64,000 nt of DNA from Centroscyllium fabricii. Taxonomy: Eukaryota. This document shows positions 35,317-48,725 of the stretch, one piece after another (position 1 is the stretch's first letter; each line of letters starts with the position of its first letter). Under the pieces are notes generated by a model. It made no database searches. It was not told the origin of the DNA and saw only the letters and a list, made by a program, of their open reading frames with translations. A program made the translations under genes and the position numbers. Location of the stretch: positions 123,876,001 to 123,940,000 of the forward strand of contig JBNRSN020000005.1 of the NCBI GenBank assembly GCA_051313645.2, read 5' to 3'.

Positions 35317-36010
35317 ACAATAACAACAGAAAATGCTGGAAAAACTCAGCAGGCAAGGCAGTATCGGTGGAGAGAAATAGAGTTGACGTTTCGGGTTCAG
35401 ACCCTTCATCAAAACTGCAGAATGAAACACAAGCAGGAAGGCAGGGGGTGGGGGGGGGCGAGGGGGGGGGGGAAAGGAACAAAGAGAGACAGCACAGAGA
35501 GAAAAGACTGAGACAAGATACTGTGGACAGGAGACAGTAGTTGATTAAATGTGAAAACGCTGGCAGAGCAAGAAGTGGCTGCCACAATAGAGAAAAGGCC
35601 AAATAAACATTGTAGATAAAAAAAGGTAAAAATATGATGGGGGCCAGAGTTATGATCTGAAATTGTTGAACTCGATATTGAGTCCGGAAGGCTGTAAAGT
35701 GCCTAATCGGAAGAGGAGGTGTTGTTCCTCGAGTCTACGCTGAGCTTCTGAGGAACAATGTAATAGGCCAAGGACAGAGAGATCAGAGTGGGAGTGAAAC
35801 GGAGAATTAAAGTGACAGGCGACCGGGAGCTTGGAGTCCCCCTCTATTTCTCTCCACCGATGCTGCCTGGCCTGCTGAGTTTTCCAGCATTTTCTGTTGT
35901 TATTTCGGATTTCCAGCATCTGCAGTATTTTGCTAATCATATCAACTCTCTTTCTCTCTCCGCAGATGCTGCCTGACCGGCTGAGTATTTACAGCATTTT
36001 CTGTTTTTAT
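35317..36010. mobile_element. Penelope-like element: GIY-YIG end plus inverted and tandem pseudo-LTR pieces
   Basis: ORF 35650-35940(-) LPVACHFNSPFHSHSDLSVLGLLHCSSEAQRRLEEQHLLFRLGTLQPSGLNIEFNNFRS; hammerhead remnant ttgatga-agggt..accc-gaaac-gtc on -. Confidence 0.85.
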
Positions 36011-36729
36011 TTTTTATTTCCATCAACTTCACTAAGATCCAGTTGCCCTCTTCCATCTCCCTTTCACCTCCCGCCGCCCGCCACCCCACCCCACCAAATA
36101 CCATTTTGAAAAGATAAACTTCTTTTCACATTCCCCATTTATCTCCCATGCATTTACACTATGCCCTTTGGTGAAGAGACTAGGGCAGTCCTGTTCACTG
36201 GTTCTACTTGAACAGTTTTCCAACTCTCCCACCCTCACCTATTTGTCCTTCCTTCTCATGGACAACTCAAGAAGTGAGAAAGCATGAATGTTATTCAAGA
36301 TTGGAATTCAAACAGGGGTTTCTTGATTTGGGAGTCCAATAATCCAGCATTGCAATTACCATCACCGAATCCCCCACCATCAACATCCTGGGGGTCAGCA
36401 TTGACCAGAAACTTAACTGGACCAGCCACACAAACACTGTGGCTATAAGAGCAGGCCAGAGGCTGGGTATTCTGCGGTGAGTATCTCACCTCCTGACTCC
36501 CCAAAGCCTTTCCACCATCTACAAGGCACAAGTAAGGAGTGTGATGGAATACTCTCCACTTGCCTGGCTGAGTGCAGCTCCAACAACACTCAAGAAGCTC
36601 GGCACCATCCAGGACAAAGCAGCCCGCTTGATTGGCACCCCGACCACCACCTTAAACATTCACTCCATCCACCACCGGCGCACCATGGCTGCAGTGTCTG
36701 CCATCCGCAAGATGCAATGCAGCAACTCT

Positions 36730-38397
36730 CAATTTGTGGATGATACCACATTGGGGGGGGGGGGGGATAGTCAATACTGAGGAGGACTGCAATAAATTAC
36801 AGGAGGACATTAATAAACTTGCAGAATGGGCATATAATTGGCAAATGAAGTTCAACACAGATAAATGTGAAGTATTACATTTTGGTAGGAAGAATAGGGT
36901 GGTCACTTATCACTTGGAGGGTGCGAGTCTAGGTAGGGTAGAGGAACAAAGGGATCTAGAGTACAAATACACAAATCACTAAAAGTTGCAACACAGGTTA
37001 GCAAGGCCATAAAAAAAGCAAACCAAGCACTAGGGTTTATTTCTAGAGGGATAAAATTAAAAAATAGGGAAGTTATGCTAAACTTGTATCGAACCTTGGT
37101 TAGACCACACTTGGAGAACTGCATACAGTTCTGGTCACCATATTATAAAAAGGATATAGAGGCACTGGAGAGGGTGCAGAGACGATTTACAAGGATAAAA
37201 CCAGAAATGCGAGAGTATACCTATCAGGAAAGAATGAACAGGCTGGGTCTCTTTTCTTTTGAAAAAAGGCTGAGGGCTGACCTAATAGAGGTCTTTAAAA
37301 TTATGAAAGGTTTTGATAGAATGGATAGAGAGAGAATGGGGGGGAATTTCATGTCCACGTGAGGCAGGGTTTTTGGCGGCTCGGCCAGCAAAATAGCGCA
37401 ACCAGTGGGTCGCGAACCCCCCCCCCCCGCCGGATCCCCGCCGCTTTATCATTTTCCCCCGCCCTGATTCCCCACCCCGAAACCTTCCTGCTGTCGGCCG
37501 GCAGGGATGTCACCTCGTTAAGGGCCCTTAATTGGCATGTTTAATGCCATTTTAAGGGCCCTCAGCCATTTTGAGCCGTTTCCCACCCTAACCCCGTCAC
37601 CTTTCCCCTTCAAGGTGTGAAGGACATGTTGCCAAATGCTTTGCATGCCTCCAGCACCTTAGAGGAGTAAGTTACTCCGTGTTGGCTGCACCAGCTGTGA
37701 GCAAAAACTGAGAAATCTCAGCTTTGCACATTTCCTGACAGCCAGTGCGAGCTGTCCAGGATTCGGAGCCCGCCCACCCACCTGTCAGTCACCAGCACTT
37801 GACCTTTCCCATTGGTTCCATTCGACTGTGATGTCACAGTGGAGTGTTTCCATGGGAACTGTCAACAACCAGTGCTGGAACTGTCAATCAAACTCCTCAC
37901 AGCCCCGATGCAGCCCGACTCGATTGAGTTAATTACCACCCGCTGCCGCCGGCAGGGATTTAACAACCCAATTGAATTAAAATTGCGTGGCCTTCCAATG
38001 TGTTTGGGCGGGCGGGACAGGAACCCACCCAGACCAATCCCCGCCAGGTTCCCGCACTTCCGGCAAAGTCCCCCCCTATGTTTCCACTTGTGGAGAAGAA
38101 CATAACTAGAGGCCATCAATATAAGATAGTGATCAAGAAATCCAATAGGTAATTCACAAGAAACGTCTTTACCCAGAGAGTGGTGAGAATGTGGAACTTG
38201 CTACCATGGAGTGGTTGAAGCGAATAGTATAGATGCATTTAAGGGGAGGCTAGACAAGCATATGAGGGAGAAGGGAATAGAAGGTTATGCTGATAGATTT
38301 AGAGGAGAAAAGACGGGAGGGGGCTAGAGTGAAGCATAAACACCGGCATGGACTGGTTGGGCCGAATGGCCTGTTTCTGTGTTGTATAGCCAATGTA
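36730..38397 (+). mobile_element. 5'-truncated CR1 LINE (RT C-terminus and tail)
   Basis: QFVDDT, LQEDINKLAEWAYNWQMKFNTDKCEVLHFG, LYRTLVRPHLENCIQFWSP..DIEALERVQRRFTR. Confidence 0.92.
37339..38077 (+). mobile_element. Non-autonomous DNA transposon (PIF/Harbinger-like), copy 1
   Basis: Termini ggggggaattt...aaagtccccccct; 3-bp TSD atg restores the host CR1 (gagagaatgtttccac). Confidence 0.8.
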
Positions 38398-39214
38398 AAC
38401 TCACCATGGCTTCTTCGGCAGCATCCCCCAAGCCCATGACCTCGATCACCTAGAAGGACCAGGACAGCAGATGCATGAGAATACCATCACCTCCATGTTC
38501 CCCTCCAAGTCACATACCATCCTGACTTGGAAATATATCGCCATTCCTTCATTGTCGCTGGATCAAAATCCTGGAACTCCCTCCCTAACAGCACTGTGGG
38601 AGTACCTTCATCACACGGACTGCAGTGGTTCAAGAAGGCGGCTCATCACCACCTTCTCCAGGGCAATTAGGGATGGGCAATAAATGCTGGCCTTGCCAGC
38701 GATGCTCACATCCCAGAAACAAATTTAAAAAACAACTGATAGGCATGAGCTTTTGGATCTTCAGATATGTATGGTGGAAGCTTCAAGTGCACTGAACATC
38801 TGCTTCAGAGGGTAAAACTCTAAATTCTGATTCAGGATCAGACCTGACTGAATCTCCACTAAAGGCAAATTTCAAAAGTGATCCCAAGGCAGGATTCTAA
38901 AGATTCATATTTACTGGACCACTATCTAATACCATTTAGTTTTCACCTAATTTGTAAGACTATGGGGATAGAGCAGGGGAGTGGGACTAATTGGATAGCT
39001 GTTTTGCAGGCATGGTGGTCTCCTTCTGTGCAGTATGATTCTATAATCAATGCAGAGGAGAATTTCTATATAACACTTTAGCAAAGAACTAATTCCAGGA
39101 TCAAAGCAAAGTTACAAAATGAACTGCAACTAATCCTCCTGAATAAAATTTGCAAATAAGAATGCTGAAAACACCTTTAATCAGTGCTTAAATTTAACAG
39201 AGCTGTAAAAGGTC

Positions 39215-39560
39215 TGCCAGCACAGGGAATGGGTGAGCAGGACATGGTGCAGGATAGGATAATGGGTAGCAGAATTTTGGACCAGCTCAAGTTTATGGCG
39301 GGTGAAGGATGGGAGGCTGGTATCATATAATCGAGTCTACATAAGACAAATGCATGTATAAGGGAGGCAGGGGCGGAGATGGGCGAAGTTAGGGAAGTGA
39401 AAGTAGGCAGTCTTTATAATGGAAAGGATAAGAGGTTGAAAGCCCAGCTTAAGGTCAAATAGGACGTCGAGGTTGCAAACAGTCTGGTTCAGCTGGCGAC
39501 AGTGGCCAAGGAGGGGGGTGGAATCGATGCGAGGGTGCAGAGTTTGTGATGGCGGCACTG
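39215..39560 (-). mobile_element. Old L2 fragment
   Basis: LNQTVCNLDVLFDLKLGFQPLILSIIKTAYFHFPNFAHLRP (ORF 39337-39582). Confidence 0.75.
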
Positions 39561-40228
39561 CACATATCTGCAGTCCAGGCATTAAGGTGCATTTTGGTGA
39601 TATTGTCAGTTTGGAAATTATGGCATAGGTTTGAAACAGTAAATCTATGGAGCAGTAAAATCAGTAATTTGGCCAGTTATTTTAGGGTTGATTTTTTTTG
39701 TTCTTTTCTCCTGAGAGTAGTGATTTATCATAGGGTACAAGTCCTGGGGCACTGTAACCCTTCAGTACCATCCCCAACTTAATATTCTTATAGAGAGTGA
39801 AGCTCGACAAAGGTCTAGATCATGACCCCATCACTTATGTTGGGATTGTGACCACCATTGCAGTGCCTTCCATTGCTGACCCCATTGGAATATGCAAGGT
39901 CAGGGGGATGCTATCTAAATTCCTTTCTAAGGGGATGTATTAACCTACCAACCTTCAGTAATTCTTCAGCAGGCCTAACCAGTTCCCTAGTTTGGATCAA
40001 CTTCCACCAGGGTAGCTGCTGGTTTCTCTCTTCTCGTTGGTCATACCGGGAGCCACTAAAGGGCAGGCCTCTGACAGGACAGGGTCAAGGAAATTCCAGC
40101 ACTCTCAGCCTCATCCTCCCTCACTTGAGGTTCAGTCCCAAACAAGGACCCCGGAAACTGAGAGCACACTCTAGGACGCAGTGTAAATGTGCCCCAGCCT
40201 ATTTCTTGGACCTACCCACCGCACTCTC

Positions 40229-40995
40229 TGGGGGGGATTTTGCCGGAAGTACGGGAACCTGGCGGGGATTGGTCTGGGCGGGTTCCTGTCCCGCCTTGCC
40301 AAAGACCTGGGAAGCCCACGCAATTTTCATTTAATTGAGTTGTTAAATCCCCGCCGGCGGCAGCGGGTGGTAATTGACTCAATCGAGTCAGGCTGCAGCG
40401 GGGCTGCGAGCAGTTTGATTGACAGTTCCAGCACTGGTTGTTGACAGTTCCCATGGAAATACTCCAGTGACATCACAGTCGAGTGGAACCAATGGGAAAG
40501 GTCAAGTGCTGGTGACTGACAGGTGGGCGGGCGGGCTCCGAATCCTTGACAGCTCGCACCGGCTGTGAGGAAATGTGCAAAGCTGAGATTTCTCAGCTTT
40601 TGCCCACAGCTGGTGCAGCCACCACGGAGTAACTTACTCCTCTAAGGTGCTGGAGGCATGCCAAGCATTTGGCAGCATGTCCGTCACACCTTGAAGGAGA
40701 AAGTAATGACCAGCACTGTGCTCCAGCGGGGTTTAAGGTGACGGGGTCAGGGTGGGAAACGGCTCAAAATGGCTGAGGGCCCTTAAAATGGCATTAAACA
40801 TGGCAATTAAGGGCCCTTAACGAGGTGACAATCCATCCCCACCAGCCGCCGGCAGGAAGGTTTCGGGGCGTGGAATCAGGGCGGGGGAAAATGATAAAGC
40901 GGCGGGGATCCGGCGGGCTCGTGACTCACTGGTTGCGCTATTTTGCCAGCCGAGCCGCCGAAAACCCCGCCACACGGGGACATGAAATTCCCCCG
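40229..40995 (-). mobile_element. Non-autonomous DNA transposon (PIF/Harbinger-like), copy 2, inverted
   Basis: Close reverse complement of 37339-38077 plus a ~28-bp extra segment near 40700; TSD ctc (40226-40228 / 40996-40998). Confidence 0.8.
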
Positions 40996-41238
40996 CTCTA
41001 TTTCTATTTGACCACAAAAGGGTATCACAGCCAAGCCTGATTCTGCCCTTCACCTGTAATCCACACACATGCACTTTCCAGCAAAAGTAATTGAATAGAT
41101 ATCAGTAGGAACCTTGCCTTATTTTTTTCCTTTTCTTGTGGCCAAATGTAAAACCCCTACTGCTGCCTAGACTGAGATCAGCTAAACCAGTAATGATGAG
41201 ACGATCAAACTGGGACCTTCCTGGTCTCTATGACCCAG

Positions 41239-41336
41239 TGCAAGAAGTCACACCACACCAGATTATAGTCCAACGGTTTTATTTTAAATCACAAGCTTTC
41301 GGAGCTTCTGCCCCTTCGTCAGGTGAAAGAGAACCA
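41239..41336 (-). mobile_element. Penelope pseudo-LTR fragment (family A) with hammerhead motif at 41289-41326
   Basis: Reverse strand tcac-CTGACGA-a-ggggc agaa gctcc-GAAA-gctt-gtga; 13-bp TSD ctctatgacccag; inserted in an old SINE-like copy (~41010-41238). Confidence 0.82.
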
Positions 41337-41549
41337 CTCTATGACCCAGAACCACTCTTTGTGCTCCATTTACTCACTAAGGCATTGGATAAGCAGGAGG
41401 GAGGAATTAGGTTTGGATTCAGATACTTTTAGTCATGCTGCAGATTGCAAATGATTGCACAGGGTAATGCTCTACTAGCACTCTCAGACCAACCCTTAAT
41501 GTAAGCCAACAATACCATACTGATATATGTGAAGAAACATCACTGATAC

Positions 41550-44500
41550 TGTAGCAGAGCCACTAGGGGGAGACATCCGATCTCCCCAGAGAGTCAGAAT
41601 CCACAACACAGTTGGTCCTGCCCCTGTTTCCCCATTGGTGAGTTGGACCAACATTTCTGATCCCTGATTGGTCCTGCGGGCTGTCAGTCAAAAGCCCCAT
41701 CATGCTTTGCGTTTTCGCATCTTTTGTTAGTCAGTCGTTTTCTGGATCGAACCAATAAAGACCTGTTTACGTTTGCTCTGCATTTCTCGACATTATTATT
41801 GATTTCGACGAGTAGGGAACTGCCGTTCCCTACAATTGCTGACCCCCTAATGTTAGCCCCTGAAGGTGCTGACCTGAACGCGAGCCCCGAGGCCGGGCAA
41901 TGCGATAGGCCGTCGACGATCAGCCTCCCTGCCTTTTGGGAGCACCAGGCAGCCGCTTGGTTTTTGCAGACAGAGGCCCAGTTCCAGCTCAAGCGCCTCG
42001 ATAGCGATGAGGACCGCTACCTCCTTGTCGTTTCGGCTCTGCCTAGCCACGTTGCCACTGACATCGTGGACCTGCTGCGGGACCCGCCTCAAACTAACAG
42101 GTACGCTGCCGTTTAGAGCCGACTGCTCCAGGCTCACGACTTACCAGAAGATGTAAGAGCCCGGCAACTCCTCGAACTATTGGAATTAGGCGAATCCACG
42201 CCTAATGAATCGCATGCTAGCCCTCCTCGGGGACCACAAAGACTGTCCTTTGTTTTGGGCGCTATTTATCAGTCTGCTCCCACAACCTGTGCAATTGGCT
42301 TTAGCGAACGTTAGAGGCGGGACTTACGCCGAACTGGCCACTGCCGCGGACCGCGTTTGCCTTTGCCCACCCATCCGGACGACGTCCAAAAGACGGCAGT
42401 GATTACACCTTTTGGACTTTCCGAATTCCTACGTATGCCCTTTGGTTTAAAGAATGCGGCACAGCTTTTCCAACGGTTGATGGACTCTGTCCTTCGGGAC
42501 TTTGACTTTTTATTTGTATATCTCGATGACATATTGGTTGCTAGCACGGATGAATCTCAGCATGTTGTGCATTTGCGTGCTCTTTTTCAGAGATTGGCCC
42601 ATCATGGCCTAATTGTAAACCCAGTTAAATATCAATTCGGCCTTGCAGCAATTGATTTTTTAGGGCATCACATCTCCCCGGCGGGAGCCATCCCCATACC
42701 CTCTAAAGGTTAAAGCGGTCACTGATTTCCCCCAGCCCAGCACGGTTAAGGCACTCCAGGAATTTCTGGGAATGGTAAATTTTTGTCACCAGTTCATTCC
42801 CAGGGCCACCTCCATCTTGCGCCCCCTGTACGAGGCCACCAGGGGCAAGACTGGCATGGATAGTCTTCAGTGGTCGGCCGAAATGGCTGAGGCATTTCAC
42901 CTCGCTAAGTCAGCCCTGGCTGAAGCCACCCTTTTGACCCACCCCATCCCGGGCGCCCCACTGTTGCTCACGACGGACGCCTCAGATCATGCCATTGGCG
43001 CCGTTCAGCAACAATGGGTTAACGGCGCCTGGCAGCCCTTCGCATTTTTTAGTCGCCAACTGCGGAAAAGTGAGCTCTCGTATAGCTCTTTTTCTTGCGG
43101 TGCTGCACTTTCGTTTTCTCCTGGAGGGCCGTCCGTTCACTGTTTACATGGACCATAAGCCCCTCATTTTCGCTATCTCCAAGGTCACAGAACCCTGGTC
43201 AGGTCGCCAACAGTGCCATCTGAATTTCATTTCCGAATTTACCACGGACATTCATCACGTGTCCGGTAAGGACAATGTCGTTGCCGACTGCCTCTCCCGT
43301 CCTACCATCTACGCGGTCCACGTTGGTGTCGATTACGCAGAGGTGGCGCGCGCCCAGCAGGCGGACGCCGAGCTGCAGGCTCTTCGTTCTGCCTCCACCA
43401 GCCTGACCCTAGCGGATGTTCATTTTCAGGCAGCCGGCACAACCCTCGTGTGACGTTTCCGTGCCCAACCCTCGGCCCTTAGTGCCCACCTCCAGGCGCA
43501 AGTACGTCTTTAGTTTGGTCCATGGGCTCTCCCACCCGGGCATGCAAGCTTCTCAGAAGCTCATGTCCGCCAAATTTGTCTGGCCAGGCCTACATAAAGA
43601 TGTGCGGAACTGGACTAACACCTGCCAGGACTGCCAACGCGCTAAGGTCCATCAGCACACTTAGGCTCCCCTGCAAAATTTTCCGGTGCCCGAGCAACGG
43701 TTCGATCATGTTCATGTTGACTTGGTTGGCCCCTTGCCCCCATCACAGGGTTTCACCCATCTCTTTACCATCGTGGACCACACTACCAGGTGGCCAGAGG
43801 TCGTACCCCTTACTTCCACGACTTCGGCCAATGTGGCACGTGTCTTTATTTTTTCATGGGTGGCCCGGTTTGGGGTCCCGTCGGACATGACCTCCGACAG
43901 GGGCCCACAGTTTACCTCCCAGCTGTGGAGCACAATTGCCACTGGCCTGGGGACGCAGCTGCACCGCACGACTGCTTATCATCCGCAGGCAAACGGTATT
44001 TGCGAGCGGTTCCACCGTGCCCTCAAGGCCTCACTTCGTGCCAGCCTGGTCGACGCCAACTGGTTAGACAGGCTCCCTTGGGTCCTTCTGGGATTATGCG
44101 CCGCCCCCAAGGACGACCTCGGCTTGTCTTCCGCCGAACTCGTGTTTGGACAACCCTTGCGCATTACAGGAGAGTTCCTCCCCTCCGTCACCGAGAATTG
44201 GTCAGCCGGTGAGCAGCTCGCTCGGCACAACAACGCTGCACATAGTTTCCTTCCTGTACCCACCTCTCGGCACCGGGCCCGCTCGTCCCACGTGCCCACT
44301 GAGCTCCGCCGAGCGCAATTTGTTTTTGTGCGTCGTGAAGCCCATAGAACCCCTTTATAGGCGCCTTAGACAGGCCCTTTCAGGGTGCTAGAGGCCGGTG
44401 ACAAGTCTTTTCTCCTCGCGGTTGGGGGCCGACAGGACCGCGTTTCCATTGACCGGCTTAAGCCGGCCCATTTGGACCCTGTTCCGCCTGAACAGGGTTC

Positions 44501-45065
44501 CTGGGTCATGCCTTAAGAGCGTTTCTTTGTCCCGGTCGTGCCCCCAGCGGGTCCCGCGTTAATTAGACCCTCGTGTACGGCTCCACCTCCTACTCTGCCT
44601 CCGGATTGCTCTCCGGTCTCACCCCCTGCTCCTGCGGAACATCCGCCCTCCAGTCCTGTTTGCGGATCGCCGCTGGCGCCCCCTGCACCAGCGGGCTATC
44701 GCACTCGCAGCGGCCACCTCGTCATGCCTCCTCGGAGGTTGACCTATCATGTCCATGCGGATTCTGGGGGGGGCGTATGTAGCAGAGCCACTAGGGGGAG
44801 ACATCCCGATCTCCCCAAAGAGTCAGAATCCACAACAGAGAGTTGGTCCCGCCCCTGTTTCTCCATTGGTGAATTGGACCAACATTTCTGGTCCCTGATT
44901 GGTCCTGCGGGCTGTCCATCAAAAGCCCCATCATGCTTTGCGGTTTTGCGCCTTTTGTTAGTCAGTCATTTTCTGGATCGAACCAATAAAGACCTGTTTA
45001 CGTTTGCTCTGCATTTCTCGACATTATTATTGATTTTGACGAGTAGGGAACTGCCGTTCCCTACA
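41550..45065 (+). mobile_element. Internally deleted Gypsy LTR retrotransposon (CsRn1-like), element 2
   Basis: LTRs 41550-41834 and 44778-45065 (tgtag..ctaca, roughly 15 differences); TSD atac; degenerate PBS ttgctgacccc; fragmented Gag, RT (YLDD), RNase H and IN. Confidence 0.95.
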
Positions 45066-45759
45066 ATACTGGTGAATTTCACCCACACTGGTGCACCCAA
45101 CAACAAACATGTACAGTGAACCACCTTTACACTGCATCATATTGGATAATGATGCTCGCACAACTTTTGCTGTTGCAACCAAAATAAATCAAGACACTTT
45201 CTACATGAATACAGCGACAGAACCGTAGCAGTAAAGAGTATTATGTGCACCTGACCATTCCAGAAACCATTGCAGTTACAGCCAGGAGGGTTCACAGGTA
45301 ACAGGCTGAATGTTACCACGCTGCACAAAAACTTGAATTTAAAAGTGCCAAGTACAAGGGAAACAACACTGGAGTGATAAATAGAACATATTATACTTCA
45401 ACACGCAGAAAAACATTGCAGATTAAGTAAATATTCCCTTTCACTTTAAAACCAGTACAAATCTAAATACATACTAATGTAGTCACCTTCTCTATAGTCT
45501 GAGATAGTGAATAACAATAAATAGAAAATACCGCAATAATGCATAAAAACTATTTCTGCACAATCTCTCTAGTGTCAGAATTATTCTGTGCAACAGTAAT
45601 AGGGTGATTGAAGATGAGAATACTGCTTGATCAATGTATAATATATTAGCGTGATCGCTTTCCACAGCTTTACAAAGTACCATGTTATTGGCAAGCTGTG
45701 AGAGGGCCTAGCACTGGAAGGATTCTCCACAAGGTGGTACTGTACTCTAATCAGGGGCT

Positions 45760-46307
45760 TTCAGGGGAAATTAGATGCTGTCTCCAGAACCCCAACAGAA
45801 AGACCTTCAGAGGACTTGAGAGCTCTGAATGGCAATATTGCAGAAGAAGGTGGTGGATTGTTGCTGATTATGTGTGAGTATAAGTACAGCAGCTTTCCAG
45901 TCAATCTGCTCCATAGCTTTGCACAGCCTAGTTGCTTACAATTAAGCAATATGACCAAGTCAGTGTGCATCTGGGTTTTACCAGACGCACACTGGAATGG
46001 ACATGACTCTCGGCTCAAAGTGGTAGTTCAAAGGCCCAGCATCCGATTTGTGTGGTTGCTGTGTCTCTGGGTTGTTGTTGCAGATCCATTGGCTTGTACA
46101 ATGTGCTCAGAAAAGGGCCTGTTGAGGATCTAATGATAGGCGAAGAGTATTCCTGCAACTCGGTTCCATGGTGGTATTTCTTTGGTGGCTGATGTTAATT
46201 CCCCTTTGCCCCAGATTCTGGCATCCCTTGTATCTCTTTGGTGTCCTCCCTGGAGAGCGTTATAGCCTCAGTAATGGACATAACAAATCAGGATGAAGAC
46301 AACTCCT
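45760..46307 (-). pseudogene. Candidate large exon, phase 1 start: EELSSS*FVMSITEAITLSREDTKEIQGMPESGAKGN*HQPPKK...; 3' boundary uncertain
   Basis: Acceptor ttcatgtatttgcag; ~97 codons with 2 internal stops; phase matches the 46553-46655 exon. Confidence 0.4.
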
Positions 46308-46552
46308 CTGCAAATACATGAAGGGCATTGCTGTTAATGACTTCAGACTAAACACAAACTGAAATTTCAGAAAGACTGTCATTGACATCAGAGAGGCATA
46401 GAAGATGTAAACAGAACTTTATTCAAATGATTTAATCTTTACAACTTTACACTTTAGCAAGCTGAGTAAGCTAGACATAATGAAGAGTGATTTCAAAATA
46501 CTTGTACTTTATAGGCTGATTGTTATTAAAGAACACATTATATCACACTTAC

Positions 46553-46655
46553 CAGACTGTTTAGACTCGAGAGATGCACTGTCTCCCTCATGGAGCAGAT
46601 GATAACGTTTAGTGATCGTACGCCAAGGCTGTTTTGGTTTGTTTTTGATACATGC
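46553..46655 (-). pseudogene. Candidate exon, phase 0>1: ACIKNKPKQPWRTITKRYHLLHEGDSASLESKQS
   Basis: Acceptor tttctttttaaaatag, consensus donor G|gtaagt; 103 bp open (a second frame is also open). Confidence 0.55.
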
Positions 46656-47094
46656 CTATTTTAAAAAGAAATATGGTATTCTGCTTTCTTTGCCATAATT
46701 TCGGCAATCCTGTGAACCGTGTAGTTTTTCAATGCTTTACTAGTTTTATTAGAAAGCATGGTCCATGCCCGTCTTTGACCTTCTGTGGTTGATAATATTG
46801 ATTTGTTTCCAAAGAAAACATCTTTGAATTTAATAAAATGCATTATAAAACAAAACAGTAAAGCCCCTGTATAAAGTGATCCTTTTGCAGTTTAGATTTG
46901 GTCTCCACTTTGTGTCTCAAGTCACCATTTCCTTTGGTCAGCTCACTGTCCAATACTCATGGAAATCCCATCACTATGATTAAGTGTCTCCAAATAAAAC
47001 TACGGAGAAATTCACACAGGTAGAATTTCTGTTTGCCCAGCATGGAATGCACAGGCTTTCCCCTCGGGGACACATTCCATTTAGCCAAGTCCAT

Positions 47095-47328
47095 GGGGTT
47101 TAGGTGCTGACGGCTATGTCTTCAGCTGCCTAGACCCTAAGTTCTGGAATTCCCCCTAAACTTCGCCACCTCTCTCTCCTCCTTTAGGACGTGTCCTAAA
47201 ATTTACCTCGTTGACTAAGCTTTTTGTCATCTGTCCTAATATGAGACTTGTTTAATAGCGCTCCTGTGAAGCACCTTGGGATGTTTTACTACGTTAAAGG
47301 TGCTGTATAAATGCTGATTGTTGTTGTT
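47095..47328 (+). mobile_element. L2 3' end
   Basis: ctgtgaagcaccttgggatgttttactacgttaaaggtgctgtataaatgc..ttgttgttgt. Confidence 0.8.
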
Positions 47329-48725
47329 TTCGTTGGTAGGTTCAGAACAGTCAAGACTTAGGGCCTCTTGAATATGTGCTAAGTTTAACCAGCTAGGCCC
47401 ACGCGATCCATTAGGACACTGGCTTACATAGATCTCTAGAGCTGAGTGGGAAGGGTCCCAGTTGCCGATCTACAATTTCAGATTCCATTAATGAGCTAGG
47501 CTGGCAGATCAACTATAAATGAGCTGGGGTACTGCAGACCTACCTGATTCAGGAATCGGATTAGCAAAACTGCCACAAAAGGTTGGCTCAATTCTAATTC
47601 TCCATTGCCAGGTACAGCATATCATCGTGCAGCCATCTTGACCCCAAAAAATAAACCATTTGCCTAGCTAGTCATTAGCAAACTAACAAACATTGTTTTG
47701 AGCCCTCATGAAGCAGACTGTCAAGAATTCCTTATGATTGGTATGGTGAACAATTCACACATTGAATCCTGGATATCACCTCCATTAGCTTTTCACCCTG
47801 TCCTGTCTCACTGGTTGAAATTTATACTCCTTTTCCCTCAGAATAAAACTAGAAAATCCATACAACATTCCCCACCCGCCCCAAGTTGCCTTACACATCC
47901 TGAGACAATGCAGGAGACCCAAAATCAAATTTACCGAGGGACTACAAGCTTGAGACTAAATTAGTTTAAATTTATTGAATCCCGGCAAAACTTTATGAGA
48001 ATATATAGTGAAATGTTTCCCTTTTGCCGCACAACAGAAGTAAAATGACCTCTATAGTCAAATCAGTGCAGTCTCCACACATAATGAAAACAGAGTGGCA
48101 GTGGGCTGTTTGACCATTGGAGCCACTCAGGTGCGTCATAGCAACCAGAGTATTATTTAAAAGATCCAGCCTGTGCTGCTAATCCTGGAGTGGTAACAGG
48201 TGACTAGCCACTGCCCTCACCCCACCCACCTACCCACCACCCCCCAAAAAAAATTGGTTTTTGAATGGGTATTAAGAACAAATTTCATTAAACTCCCACA
48301 CAGAGCGAAGATCACACAACAATCCAGGTTATCAGCTCCATTTCAAAACACCCATAGAAAATTCTAAAATAAAAGCTCCAGGGTCTGCATTCCGCAAAAT
48401 GATGTCCCATGACACGAATACATGATTTTTTAAAGAATTACTCACCTATAGCTAATGCTACCAGGCCGTTCCCTTAACAAAAATAAGTAAGAAAACGCTC
48501 AAATTCAGTACATCGGGAATATAGGATGGCTGCGGAAAATCATCAATAAAAGAATCTCTCTATAAACCAGCATGAACTATATTTAACACATTTTAATGGA
48601 TGAAAAATTGTGAACAACTTACGTCTGAGTTTGCTTCTGCCCAGCCAAATTCTTATGCCCCAGCACTGAAGAGAACAATCTACCCCTGGGTGTTTACAAA
48701 CATATAAATTAATAGCAAGGCGCAA

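Larger units (their letters stand above)
36350..38735 (+). mobile_element. LINE RT 3' fragment split by a CR1 insertion (36730-38397)
   Basis: MEYSPLAWLSAAPTTLKKLGTIQDKAARLIGTP..SIHHRRT continues at 38398; aataaatgctggcc tail; aactc duplicated at the junctions. Confidence 0.8.
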
